Source of the DNA: Amphiscolops sp. MND2022
Taxonomy: Eukaryota
Length of the DNA: 64,000 nt
Reading direction: 5' to 3'
NCBI GenBank assembly: GCA_964187785.1
Contig: OZ076409.1
Span: forward strand, 27,468,001 to 27,532,000
Under the pieces are notes generated by a model. That model saw only the letters and a program-made list of their open reading frames with translations, did not search any database and was not told where the DNA came from. This document shows positions 49,370 to 62,257 of this stretch, piece by piece (the first letter of the stretch is position 1; the number at the start of each line of letters is the position of its first letter). A program made the translations under genes and the position numbers.

Positions 49370-50321
49370 AGACGGTACCTCCAATAATGGAGCATGCTTA
49401 CATGCATGTAGTGATTCGTTCTGGTGCGAACTTAATTACAAACCGTTTGACACTACGTGAACTAAAAACAAACTGGCAACGGCATAAGTCGGGGCCCGTT
49501 CAATACTCCTGAATCGTTATGAACTGTTTTTGAGAAAGTTCTCAAAATCTCATAGTGTCGAAAACGATTCGACAGGAAGAACGCTTTGGGCTCAAAAATG
49601 TTTTTCAAATTTAAAAAAAAATGAAAGCGGGAACCCTTTCAATCGAAAAAGATACACGGTGCTCAAAAACGCACAAAGAGCATTGTAATGCGAATAAAAA
49701 GGTCAACAATTAAAATGGGGACCCGCTCTCCCCACAGATCTGAGGTTTTTTGTAAAACTTTATGAGAACTTTTTTAGTCACCAGGACCGTGTTGAAGCTA
49801 CAAAACCTATAAAAACTGACGAAAAACCACTCTAATAGTTAGGTTTCGTTTCCGAAACAGCTCTGAAATTTCATTTTTCTGCAAACTTTTTCAAACGATT
49901 CTGAACATCGCGCGTCGGCCTGTCAATCGCAAAAATTTTTACAGAAAAGAAATCATTATCAAAAACGATAACGAAAAGTCTGAAGTTCACTGAAGTTCTG
50001 AACAGTTGTTAGTCTGAAATGTCAAAACAAGAGCTCCAATATAATACAATGACAATAAATTGAGCCATTTTCTGTTTTTTGGTCACTAAATTTACGAGGT
50101 TGAAGATTGGAATTTTGTTCCAATTCCATTTATTTGTTCAGCTGCTGCATGTCCCAAGAAACCTTATGTAAAAACCTTTGGGTGCTCTAGTTTCCAAATG
50201 TTTGTCAACAGCTAATTCGGAAAACCGCTGGAAATTATTTTGGTTTATCTTTTGGTATTTACCCAGCACAAAACCCAGCCCCCCACCATACAAGGAAATA
50301 TCTTTTAAACAAGCCTCCCCG

Positions 50322-50989
50322 GGGTGTCAGGACACTTGCTAATAAGCAATTTGCTACCACTAGAACTTTTGGTATTAGGCAAATTTCAACTAGAATATAA
50401 ATGCTACTACGTAATTTGCTACTAATTATAACGTTTAGTGCAAGACGGTCGAGTAAGGTGCTAATGAAAAATATTAATTAAACCGTTGGATGACACCTTT
50501 TTCATACGGAATACAAAATACGGGCTATAATTGAATAATTATCAAGATGCTATTAAAGCAAGGCACACAATAATCAGACGTCAATCGATCATTTTGAACT
50601 TCACAATCTATCAACAACTTACAATGAATTCAAAATGAGCCTCAAATTTAGAACTTCTAACCGAGGACGACCGACTCTCAATTTTGAGGGATATGAATAT
50701 GTTAAGAAGCAAGAAACCAACAGCACCACCTATTGGATATGTCGAAACTATCGCACAATCAATTGCTCGACAAATGTTATTACCTCGGGGAGTGCTGTAA
50801 CAAACAGTCCCAAAGATCACAGTTGCAATTTTAAACCAGGGACATTGTGTGCGTTGATCAAAAACGAAAGTCTGGATGACCTTCAACGCGTCGTAGTAAA
50901 ATTGAGTTGGAAATGTACCCTAGTAGCAATTGAACTGTAGTAGCAATTAGCCTAGTAGCAAATTGCTTAGTAAGGAGTGTCCTGTAATC
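50322..50989 (+). mobile_element. Internally deleted MULE (Mutator/Phantom-like) element
   Basis: TIRs caggacacttgctaataagcaatttgctac / gtagcaaattgcttagtaaggagtgtcctg; degenerate ~9-bp TSD gcctccccg/gcctcgcgg. Confidence 0.75.
50635..50940 (+). CDS. FLYWCH zinc-finger protein (truncated MULE transposase N-terminus)
   Basis: F.TSNRGRPTL.FEGYEY...TYWIC......C...........DHSC is the FLYWCH pattern; intact ATG-to-stop 101-aa ORF. Confidence 0.7.
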   Translation: MSLKFRTSNRGRPTLNFEGYEYVKKQETNSTTYWICRNYRTINCSTNVITSGSAVTNSPKDHSCNFKPGTLCALIKNESLDDLQRVVVKLSWKCTLVAIEL

Positions 50990-53399
50990 GCCTCGCGGAT
51001 TTTGGCCGAGCAATATGGGTCTTTTTGTGCAAGTTTTTAATCTGACATAATTTGTAGTTTATATAACATAGAATTAAAAATTTTTGCTATCCCAATGCAA
51101 AAAGTCTTGAAACTCTTGGTAAAGCTTGCCTTGTCGTGAAATTATGGTAAGTATCTTGGCAAAATTCTCATCAAAAGCGCCAGGAATTTGAACGATCTTG
51201 CAAGATCTTGCCAAGCGTTTCTAGAGAAAAGCTAACAAAATAACAAAATGGAATAAGGACGAACAAAAACCGTCGCCAACTGCGTCTGGAGCTATAATGC
51301 TCCGGCCGTTCACACTAAGGTCCAAGCTATCAAGTCCTGAATTACAATATTTTATGTTGTCAATGAACCAACACTTTGAAGAATGAGAGTGTTGCTGGTG
51401 GTGCCAACATTACCAAAGTAACTGTAAATCAAATTGTGGTATTTATGCAAGATATTTATTTTCTTTAAACTTTTGGTTAGATTTTTACCAAGATTCTTAT
51501 CTTGATGGAAATTGAAGAGAGTAGTGTGGTGCAAAATTAAACAAAATCCTACAAGGCTTTTTAATTTAAACAGGTTTATGCGATAATATGCAACATCTTG
51601 GCAAGAGTTTTGCTCTGTGATTGCACTAAGTAAATTTGCCGCACTTGAGAGTTTGGAGGAAATAATATCAAAAGCGGGTCTGAAATAATGTCCAAGGCTG
51701 TTTATTGAAGTCGATAAAAAAGTGATCCAAAAAGTTTAAGTCGTTTGAAAATTTTCACGTCGGCCTTCGTCAAAACCAGCTGCTATACTGGTAATGACAC
51801 GTCGCTTCGATTCGGTTCGTTCGTACATTTACGGTATAAGGGTATATGACAAACAACAGATAACATTGCCCTCTTTGAAGGTTACTTACCAACAAAACTT
51901 ATGGACGTTTTTGACCGTCTACACCTGAGATTGGCTACATGCTTGTTTTTTTTCAAGTTCACTAATAGACTCTGTGTAAGCAGGCAATACAGCATCAGCT
52001 TTGTCTCTCATTGCATTGCAAATAGCAAACTAATTTCGAATGACACTCTGAGAAATGCACTACTTTTCCAAAATTTTGGAAACTTTGATAACAATCGATA
52101 CGCTAATACGAAACTTTGCATTCTTCTCTGTGTAAATAACTGAGTAATTGCTAGTTTTTCATACTCGCAAATATACTTCGTGTAAGTATTAATTGCTCGA
52201 ATTTATGATTTTTTTCGCTGTTCATTTTCGCAGTTGTCTTCATAAAATTTGTGATTAAAATTAATGCATCGTGAATATGTTTTCTAATACGACAAGACAT
52301 TGCATCGGAAAGTTTTACAAAACCCCAGAAATAAACTGTAATGAAATTTTAGTCTCAGAATATTGTTTTTTTTAACAGAAAAATATTTGAACTTTTTTGG
52401 CAGTGAAACTAAAATGTTTTATGTTTTCCCGCTGTGCAAACGCTTGAGCTATCTATACGTTGAGCTGGCCATTAAGCAGTGAATGTTTTGTTAATCTTGA
52501 GAGTTCAAAGGTCTTCCGGCTGGGAATTTGTAGTATTTTGGTCTCCATTGTTGCGTTGAAGTGTGTTTCACGTCGCTATCGATATGACCAGGTTGTTTCA
52601 TCCTTGACTGTCTCAAACATCCATTCACCTGATGTAATCCCTGAAGTTACATAGTAGCTCAAGATAAGTCTTGTTTGCTTTTTCATTGGCTTTTCTGAAA
52701 ACAAAAAAAAGAAGAGCTAATTCAATTAATAGATCAAACATAGTTGCTAAATGAAAGTAACCCAATAATGTATTCTAAATACTCAAAAAGGACGGGAAAT
52801 GAGCATTATTGCCCTCTTTATTCCCGCACTAAAGAACCAAACAAGGCACAATTTCGAATTCTATTGGTAGACTTTCATCAAGGTATTTCTTTCAATAATA
52901 CATTCAGAAAACAATGTACACTGGCAACAACGTACAAGAAAATTAGGTTTTGGAGATAATTGTTTTAAATGAGGTCTAAATACGGTTTTTATGTTTGTCG
53001 GTAGCAGTTTCAAGTCAGTGAGCAAGTTTTTTGTTTTCCGTAATGCATTGGCAGGTCACTTTTTCTAGGGTAATGTTCTACTGGATAACGGACCGAGTAG
53101 TTCTTTAAATTTATTTCCGAGTTAAAAGAACTAACATTCTAATAATGTTGGCGGATAGTTGTTCGGGGCTTCAGATATCGAAGTTGTCGGAATAACTCTA
53201 TCAAACGTTACTCAAAATACAATATATAATCACTCAATATATAAAACACCAATAAAAGTCCATTTCCTCCCGTGATATCTTGTTTGGAATCCAGTAAAAA
53301 TCGCGCTCTTGACTTTTCTTTGTTTTGTTTAAGTTTTTATCGAGTTTATTTTCGCCACTGCACGGTGTACATTGACTCCAAAATAGTCAGTGACCGTAT

Positions 53400-55660
53400 A
53401 AAAATTTTCGAACTTCAAGCAAAATGACGAGTTCTGTATTTTATCCACAAAATTTGTTCAATGTTTTGACCAGATATATAATGTGTGAAATGAAGCTAAG
53501 TCATTTGTCACCATGCAAATCAAGATATTCTCGAGATATTTTAGATTGAATTGAGAAACCGTTGATTTTCAGCGTGGTTGAAATGCCGCAGCGAAAATAC
53601 ATCACTTCACCTTTGTCATATCTACTTTTGATTGCACGTCAAACTGTCTCAAAGTTTGATTCTAATTTCGGCTGCATTGTAAAACGTTTTTCCCAGCTTC
53701 CAACATTCTAGTATCATCTGCAGTTATAGACAATTTGTTGCTGACGCTGGAAGATGCTAGGTCATTGATATAAAGTTTAAAACTTCCTAAGATGATCGTT
53801 GAAGGATCTGTGTTGATCCGTTTCAAAATTGTTCCTATTCCTTGCGAGTCTACCGACTGCCACCTATTACTGGCAGTAGTGTTTCATGATATAAAGTACG
53901 TGACCTCTGTCTCTGTACTTTTTCGTTTTTTGAAGCAAGATACTGTGGTTCGACCACTACGTCGAAGGCCCTTGCAGATCTATGAAACAAGCTTGTCACT
54001 GAGACTTTCTATCGATGTCCGATCTCATGTGTTAAATGATAGACACAATTGCATCTAGGCCAAAATAGTTATTGGTTTTCAGTGATGATACCGTTTTTCT
54101 GTCGTCTCCTTTCGTGAAACAAAAAAGCCCAACTTCACGGTAACGGTTCTTTCCAGATTACAGACCTCACATTGAAATGTCCACACTCTGCAGAACGTCT
54201 AGGGGTCTCCCTACATTTCTAGCAAGCAATCTCAGGTGCTTCCAAAGCGTACAACTCCTGGCTACCGTAGGCTTAATGCTTCTGTCGTCACCCAGAAACG
54301 TTGGTTTTACTGATTTTTTTCGGCATTGTGAGATTTTTTAAAGAAAATTTTTGATGCCGCTAAACGGCCCTGTCTTCAATTATTTTGAATTTTTGCAACC
54401 AACTGGATGAGAAAAAGTCCAATATAACTTTTTTTCTTATCATTTGTTTTAAGGTTTTTGCAAAGTCCTTTTGATTTGTCGGTTGTAGGAATTGTTTTAG
54501 GTACACTGATTGATGATTTGCAACTTCAATGATAGCGAAGGACTAAATAAAACTAAGAACTCATTCAAAATATCCAGCTTTACTGCTGATAGGCTTGTCT
54601 CCTACTTACATTTCATCCTTTTTCATCTATACATCTAATTATCGACTCCACTTGAAATTAAAAATTCAACGGCATCTCCGTTTTCGGTGTTCGTCAGATC
54701 ACGCAATTTATCTTTCGGACTAAATAATTCATTCGTTTTACATAATCCAATGAAATTTCACTCAATATTGTGTAATGGGCAGATATAATTGTTTAGCGTG
54801 TGACTGTTTCAGATGGGCCAGGTGAGATCAAAATATCTTGTGTTTCAGATGTAGGTGTTACCCTTTGCGACTCTGAATTTTGTATTGCAAGTCATATCGG
54901 TTTCATTTTTTTTGCCTTTTTCCTGGGATTAGCTTCACTTGGTCGACACTGCGAGTTTGTAGCCGGACGGGTCGACGTGTACCGTCATCCATGGTTCTGT
55001 GAGTGCTGTAATGTCCGGTTTCTGATCGAGCAATGCGACTAAGACCTTACATCCATTTCGATGGAAGCATAGACATCTTGCTTTAAGATTTAGAACAGAA
55101 CTAGTAGCTTTACTTTTTTGTGTCAGCATTTGGTTCTTACAAGTATATATGAAAAATGAAAAGTAAAAGTTTTCAGTTAAAGTGTTAAGTGGAAGGATTG
55201 TAAGCAATCGGTTGCTTTCTCTCCATAGGAAGCTATGGTACCATATTCGCTGCCACGTGCTCTGGCAATATAACCCAAGACGCCTTGATAAAATATTCCG
55301 CTTTAAATAGTTTTGAAATTCCGATTTGAAAATTATGGAAACGAAATGATTTCCATGAAAAAGTAGACAAAAAAGTTGATTGACTGAGTTTTTTCTCTAA
55401 CGGAAGCCTCGGATTGAATTTTTCTTCCTTCGAATTCTTTCTTGATTTCACTCAATTTCTCAAGTTTGGATTCTAATTCTTTGAATTTTTGGAAATTGAT
55501 TGCGTCAACATTCTGGATCTTTCTTCTTAAATCTCCTTCTTTAGATAATATTCCGTTTTCCAGCATTTCAGCTTGACCGCATATACCAAACTCATTAGAC
55601 ATGGTAATCTTCGAGGAGCGAATATTTTTAGCATTTTTGGCACTTCGCTGACACTGCAAA
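53400..55660 (-). pseudogene. CR1/L2-type non-LTR retrotransposon relic
   Basis: APE N-terminus SVLNLKARCL...KPDITALTEPWM (~54980-55105); RT ILGSFKLYINDL...TADDT (~53705-53795); upstream coiled-coil ORF1-like segment 55333-55659. The interior is largely deleted. Confidence 0.75.
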
Positions 55661-57749
55661 GTGTTGCTACTTAACTAGTTTACGGTCTGCGGGACGGCGC
55701 AAAGTGACAGCTCGATCTTGAGAGAAAAACACTCGATAGATTGCAATTTGTTCATGCTTCGGAGGTCAGATTGATTGGGAATTGAAATTGTGGATAATTT
55801 GGGCAGCTTGCAGATTGACACATAAAAGGACTCGCCAATTTGTAATCAGTCTTTGACAGTCTTTGCTCTATCAATCAATCAAACTGGGGTGACGTGAAAT
55901 TGCCATTGGGATTTCTGTCCCTGTTTCAAGGTAATTTGACACATTTTCACACAGTTAGGGTATCATTTTTAGCCCAAGACTATAATGTGCTCATCTAATT
56001 TTTGTTGTAATATTGTAATAATGCCTTTCAGGAAATGCACTTTAGAATAATGCACCTTTTTTCTGTCACCATCTTACCATTGTTGGCCGCCTGGTTAAAT
56101 GAACTATACTTCATTATAATTTCGAAATTAGATTATAAGACTGGTTCTTTTAGCGAGAAAAATTCCCAAAAGCTTACTTTTCCTTGCGATGAAAAAATGT
56201 AATGCGAAAAGTATGTGCTTTAGCAATTAGGAATTATCCCGTATTCGCTAATGAGGTCATGAAATGATGGAAAATGGTCAAACAGTCGTTGATGGTTATT
56301 CATGGTAAATAAAAAAACACCCTCGGTGCGAAGGGAAAATAGTGCTGTGTGCCCTGTTAATAACATGGTGGAATAGATTGCTATGCATCATTTTTTATCG
56401 AAAACTTTCTGATCGAACTATTCTCTGATGAATTTGTCAAAGTTCACAATGTTACTGATGTGTAACAGGTGTAACGTTTCTTTCAGAATTCTTTCAAAAT
56501 AGAAAACACGTTGTAAATCGAAGTTTGCAATTCGAAGGTCACTTTCGAGTCTTTCTTGTCTAATGAATCTTCCAAACTATTTTTACCTATGAATTTTTCG
56601 TTCGTGAATTTAGTTATAATTATGGTTTTATATGTCTTCCCAGTTCTCAATGTACAACATTTCAAACTCCCCTTCTTCAAAATCGAGTCTGATACATTGC
56701 AAATTTCATCAATATTCTGGAGAACTATCTCCATTCTTATCTCTGCTCAAGATCTATTACAAAGTAATCCGGACATTCAAACAATTTTATCTGCTCTACC
56801 TACAACCATTCATATGGTTTTGTCACACCAGACCATGGTTGTCTTTAGGGTAGGATGGCGAGGAAAAGACCAAAAATATAAACTGTAATTCGGAAGGCCA
56901 AAATACTTGTACAAAGTAATGTTCCATTTCCAAATAGCGGGTTTTTGACGTTTTTACGAAGGAATGGAGAAATAAAAAGGAAATTTTATGGCCTGGAAAA
57001 TTTTTAAACATGGTGCTCCCTGAAAACCTATTAGACCTTGTAGGCAATATGTAGTTTAAATTTTGAATATTCTCTCTGAGAAATTAGTTGGCATAAATCA
57101 AGCGAGGCATACCCCTACAATCACAAGGCATGAAAAATGGAAAAAGTTGTCAAATTTATGCAACACTTGTTGCAATTCCCTTTTATGCTTACTGTGAATT
57201 CATGGACCGATTTAGAACTCGGTTAGAAGAAAAAGCTGTCCCTCCTTGTTTTCTGACTCCCCCTTCCAATCTCCTTGGAAACAAAGTATCAAAACCATTA
57301 AGCTAGAAAAATAAACTGAAACTGTCTTATTATTTTTTTCAAACATTTCCCAGTGTGGATATCCTTGAAACTGGGTAAGATAAGATATTCTTATTGATAC
57401 GAATTTCGCATTTTCTTGAAACTTGGCGAGATTCTTCTCAAGAGCGTCACGAAAATATACGATCTCGCAAGATCTTCCCAAGAGTTTTGAGAGAAAAGTT
57501 AACAAGACGCCCTCTGGCCAGCAGGACATTTTCCGTCCAAACTGTTCTAGACTATGACATACTTCGAGACTCAAGAGTAGCTATTGCACTATGAAAACGC
57601 AGAGAAGTTTGATGAAAAAGGTTTGACACTTTTTGAATAATGTCATTCCATTTCAGAAGGAAACACTTCAAAACACCCCAAATACATATTTGTTTTTTTT
57701 TATCGGCTTGTGTTTATACATAAAAGATTAGGTTTGGAAAATTTTGCTT

Positions 57750-60370
57750 TCTCGACAACTTTGCGACTATTTAAGGAACTTTTCTAAGAAACTGTAGATG
57801 TCTTTATAATAACGCCTATTGGATAACGGGTCTAGTAGTTCTTGAATTACAAAAATGCTCGAAAGGCTTACCAGAAAGTATATCAAATTTTCAAAAACAA
57901 AAAATGGAGTTTTCACTTATTTTAAGTCGTTCTGACATTTTTTTTCAAACCAAACTGTTAATCTTTTTTTAACATTGTGCATACCTATTCGAAATTGTTA
58001 GACTTTTAGAATACTACGAAATTTTGGTAAATTTTATCAAAACTTCAATTATTTGTCAAACAACTGCCAAATTTTGTTTTTCGACTATTTTGGGGTCCTT
58101 TTGAGGGTTTTTCTAACGCGAAACTGCAATTGACCTTTGAAAAGCCGACTGAATACCACATTTGTTTGCTGTTGAACTTTTTCATTCTTCCAAAGTTGGA
58201 AATTTCTCAACAAATTCAGAACTTTGTATAAAAAACGCTGAATTTGGATTCCTTCTTTTCAGACTCATCAGCGTCATTTTTGATCTGATTTTGATGCAAA
58301 TTCAGCAACTCTCTTCAAAATAGCATACTGCATAGTTTTTTGTTCGTTATCGAGTGTTTTGAACTTTCTTAGTTACCAAAACTTTCAAAATTGTACACAA
58401 ACTCTAGGAAAAAAGACAAAAAGGAAAGATTTGGGTTTTGATATTTTGTGGTGAAATTGAGGCATATATACTAAGATAACTTGCACTTATTTTTCCGATA
58501 AACTTACTGGATAACGTTTTCAGAGTATAATTCCATGTTTTAAATTTCTAATTTACGAAATCTTGCGAAATTGCGATAGAATATGGGTTAAAAACGTCCA
58601 AAAATTTAAGTTTTTTGAATTTTTGGTTATTCTGGGGTCGTTTTGAAATTCTTTTCGAACATGCAATTGATTTTAAAAAGTCTACTGTATCCCCCATTTG
58701 TTTGCTGTGAAATGTTTCCATTCTTATTTTATCGGAAATTTACGAAATTTCCAACAAAGTTGGGTTTTCGGGAACCCAACTTTTTGGATTTTCGACTCAT
58801 TTGAGTCATTTTGAGATAATGTTCTACCGAAAAAACTACAAAGATTTCCTTCAAAAGGCGTACTGCATAGCCTAATATTTTGTCTAGAATATTAGGACCG
58901 TCTAGTTAACGAAAAGTTTCACAAACAATCAATAAAATTTTCAAAAAAAACTTTCGATATTTTATACTTTTCTCGGTCCTTTTTGAGACTTTTCCAAAAA
59001 ACACGAATCAGGAAATACCTCCCACAAAAGCCAGCTGGATATACTGCATTTGTTGATGAACCAACCAAACTTTTGCCCTTTCCCTCGAAGCACTTTGTTT
59101 CACACACTTTGCACAAAAACGCTTAGAATTCAAATTCTTCTACTTTCCGACTTGTGTCTTTTTGAAGTGTTTCTGATGTAAAACGCTGGAATTTTCCTAT
59201 CAAAAAACGAAAATATATTTTTGATTCTTTCGCTTTTGATTGGTTTGAACCTTCTAACTCACAAAACTATTCAAACATTGTACTCTAAAAACATTTTCGG
59301 TCTTTTCTATTTTTTTGTGTAAACGTGAAGCACATTTTCATCAGAAACCAGCTATTATCCCATGAAAACACCTAGTGGACAACGAATTCAGTTGTTGTTG
59401 AACACCTTCAGAGTTCTAACCCATGAAAGTATTGAAAATGTTACAAAAATTGCGTTGGAAAACAGAAACGTTTTTTTTTTTCAAAGATTTTTTGTCTATC
59501 TTGGGGTCATTGTGGCAATTTGTTCTTACAAAACTGCGTTTATTTCTCCAAACAACCCTATTGGACAACAAATTCATTTGTTGTTGAACGTTTTCAACGT
59601 TTTAATTCATGGAATATTTTGCTAATTTGAAAAAAGTTGCCTAAAAACGTGAAAAATCGTAATATTTTGGTGTATTTGTTTTATTTGGTCGCAATTTGAA
59701 CTTTTTTTTATTGGAAAACTGCGTTTATTTCTTAACAACTGCCTCCCGGACAAATACTTTTTCTTTGTTGAACGTCTTCAATATTCTAATCCACCACGTT
59801 TTTCCAAAAATAGACAAAAATCGCATGAAAACTTCAAAAAACTTAAATTTTGTAATTTTTGTCAATTTCGGTCTAAATTTGAGGAATTTTTCAAAACAAA
59901 TTGTTTTTCTTTTTCGAAAAAGCCTCCCGGACGCCGAAAGTTGTCTTTGTTGAACTTTTTTAGTGTTTTGAGCCCCCAATTTTTTCAAAAAATATACAAA
60001 AATTGCATGATATTTTTCAAAAATCTATCTCTTTGATGAAGCCTCTTGGACAACGAAATTTTTCCTTGTTGATCATTTCTAATTTTCTAAGCTAACAAGT
60101 GTATCAAAACTCTGACAAAAAATGCATAGAAACATTTAAATTCAGAACTTTTTGATTTTTTTTTTCAATATCGGTCTCAATTTGATGCATTTTTCAATAA
60201 AAATTGCTCTTATTTCTCGGACACGTCTCTTGGAAAACAATATTTTTTACCCTTTTGAACGTTTTCATTATTCTGAGCCATGAAATCAATCGGAAATTGT
60301 ACAAATATTGTACAAAAAGATTTGAATTCGGAAATTTTTGCAGCTTCTACTGTTTTTGGGGTCATGTTTG
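57750..60370. repeat. Degenerate ~185-bp satellite array
   Basis: cta(c/t)tggacaacga-like motif at ~59372, 59558, 59743, 59924, 60043 and 60227. Boundaries approximate. Confidence 0.7.
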
Positions 60371-61120
60371 GGTCATTCTGGGGTCTTTGGGGACAACCAA
60401 CAAAATCTCAACAAATGCATATCGCATGATACCAATTTGACGTCAGTTGCATTCTATTGGTGAAACCCTTTAGCTCGAAGATAAATTTGGTGCTTGGCAA
60501 ATTTTGTTTAAAAAATTCGTTTGATTTAATCATTTTCCTTTTCCGTATGAAACATAGACGTAAAATTAACAAAAAAGAATAAAAACAAACAAAAACCAAC
60601 GCTAAATGCGGCTTGATCAGCCTGCCTAAATTGCCAGAGCCGTTCACGTGACCAACTAAGTTATCACGTCCTGAGTTTCAATATTTTATGTTCTCCTATA
60701 ACCATCATTTCAAAGAATGGTAATGTTTAGCTGGTAGTGCGAACAATATCAAAGTAACTTTGAGCTGGAAGCAAAATTGTTTTTCAATTTGCAAGTTATT
60801 TAATTTCTTAACACTCTTGATAAGACTTTTACCAAGATTCCTATCAGGATATAATAGTGATTTGTGTAATTAAAGAATGAACTTGATCTTCCAATAGTAA
60901 ACGAGAATAGGTAAGAATATGCCAGATCTTGGCAAAGTTTAAAGATAATTTGCACGAGTTAATACTGATCATAATATGAACTTTTTGTTTGCTCAAGTAG
61001 TACGTCTACAATAGCACAATTAAAGTTTGTTGAAAATCAGCTGTATACATTAGGCTGACACATGGAACGTAAAGTTTTTTTTCGAATAAAATATTGTATT
61101 CATAATCGGATAAGAGCTCA

Positions 61121-61504
61121 AAGGTTTCGGGCGGATTCAGTGAAAAATATACAAAAATTGCATGAAATGTTTCAAAAATCTGAGTTTTTGAGATTTTTGT
61201 CAATTTCGGCCGGAATTTGAGGCTTTTTGAAACAAATTGCATCTATCTCTTCGATGAAGCCTCTTGGACAACGAATTTTTTCCTTGTTGATCTTTTCTAT
61301 ATTTCTAAGCTAGCAAGTGTATCAGTTTCGGTCTCAATTTGATGCATTTTCCATTAAAAATTGCGTTTATTTCTCGAAAACGTCTCTTGGAAAACGATTT
61401 TTCCCTTTTGAACGTTTTCAACATTCTGAGCAACGAAATCAATCGGAAATTGTACAAAAACTGTATAAAAAGGTTTGATACAAGGTTTCGGGCGGATTCA
61501 GTGA
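61121..61504. repeat. Satellite fragment flanked by a 23-bp exact direct repeat
   Basis: aaggtttcgggcggattcagtga at 61121-61143 and 61482-61504; the interior resembles 59989-60322. Confidence 0.85.
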
Positions 61505-61953
61505 GCAATTACAATCTCGGCAAATAATAAAATACACATACTGCTGAATGTTTTAAAACGAAAGTGAAACAATATATTTTCGACAAACTGAATTCGAGAC
61601 CTAAGACACTCATTTTTGCTAGTTGGAAATTTTCGTACAGCTGGTTGAACTATTTCAAAGTAATATAATTGCAATATATTGAAACTTTTGAAGCCCTTTG
61701 GAATCGTTCACTTCTCGAACAGTGAATTCTTAACCAAAACATAGTCAGCCTAAAACCTTTTTCTCCAATAAGCGATCCCTGTTCTGACATTTCACCGATG
61801 GTCAACAATGGACCATCAATGGCCACGGATGGAAAAAATTGCTTCTTTTAAGACATTTTCCTCCGTTTTCCACCGCTGGTCCGAGGGCAGCTATCAATGG
61901 ACGCGTTTTTAGTGTAAAAATTTCTTTATAAAGAATTTACCATTTACACATTG

Positions 61954-62257
61954 CCATTTACACTTGCAAACTGTTTGCTTCAAGATAAGCCGTGACTCTA
62001 GACTTCTTCAAATGCTTCCGGGACTATTGAAGTACCTCATAGAAATGTCATGTGTATTTAACTTGTTAAGTGAATTTCAGCTAAAGTTTGCAGCTTCGAA
62101 ATTTATAAATTTCGAAGCTGCAAACTTTAGCTGAAATTCACTTAACAAGTTAAATACACATGACATTTCTATGAGGTACTTCAATAGCCCCGGAAGCATT
62201 TGAAGAAGTCTAGAGTCACGGCTTATCTTGAAGCAAACAGTTTGCAAGTGTAAATGG
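61954..62257. repeat. 304-bp spacerless palindrome
   Basis: 152-bp arms centred on ttta|taaa (62105/62106), with one mismatch (cgggact vs agccccg). Confidence 0.95.

Noticed and set aside
52480..54620. Minus-strand splice-like signals (acceptor ~52697, donor ~54608) as host exons
   Set aside because: No convincing coding frame or homology, and they overlap or flank a LINE relic; not supportable without transcripts.
56483..56888. ORF fragments possibly from a transposase
   Set aside because: No diagnostic motif was recognisable.
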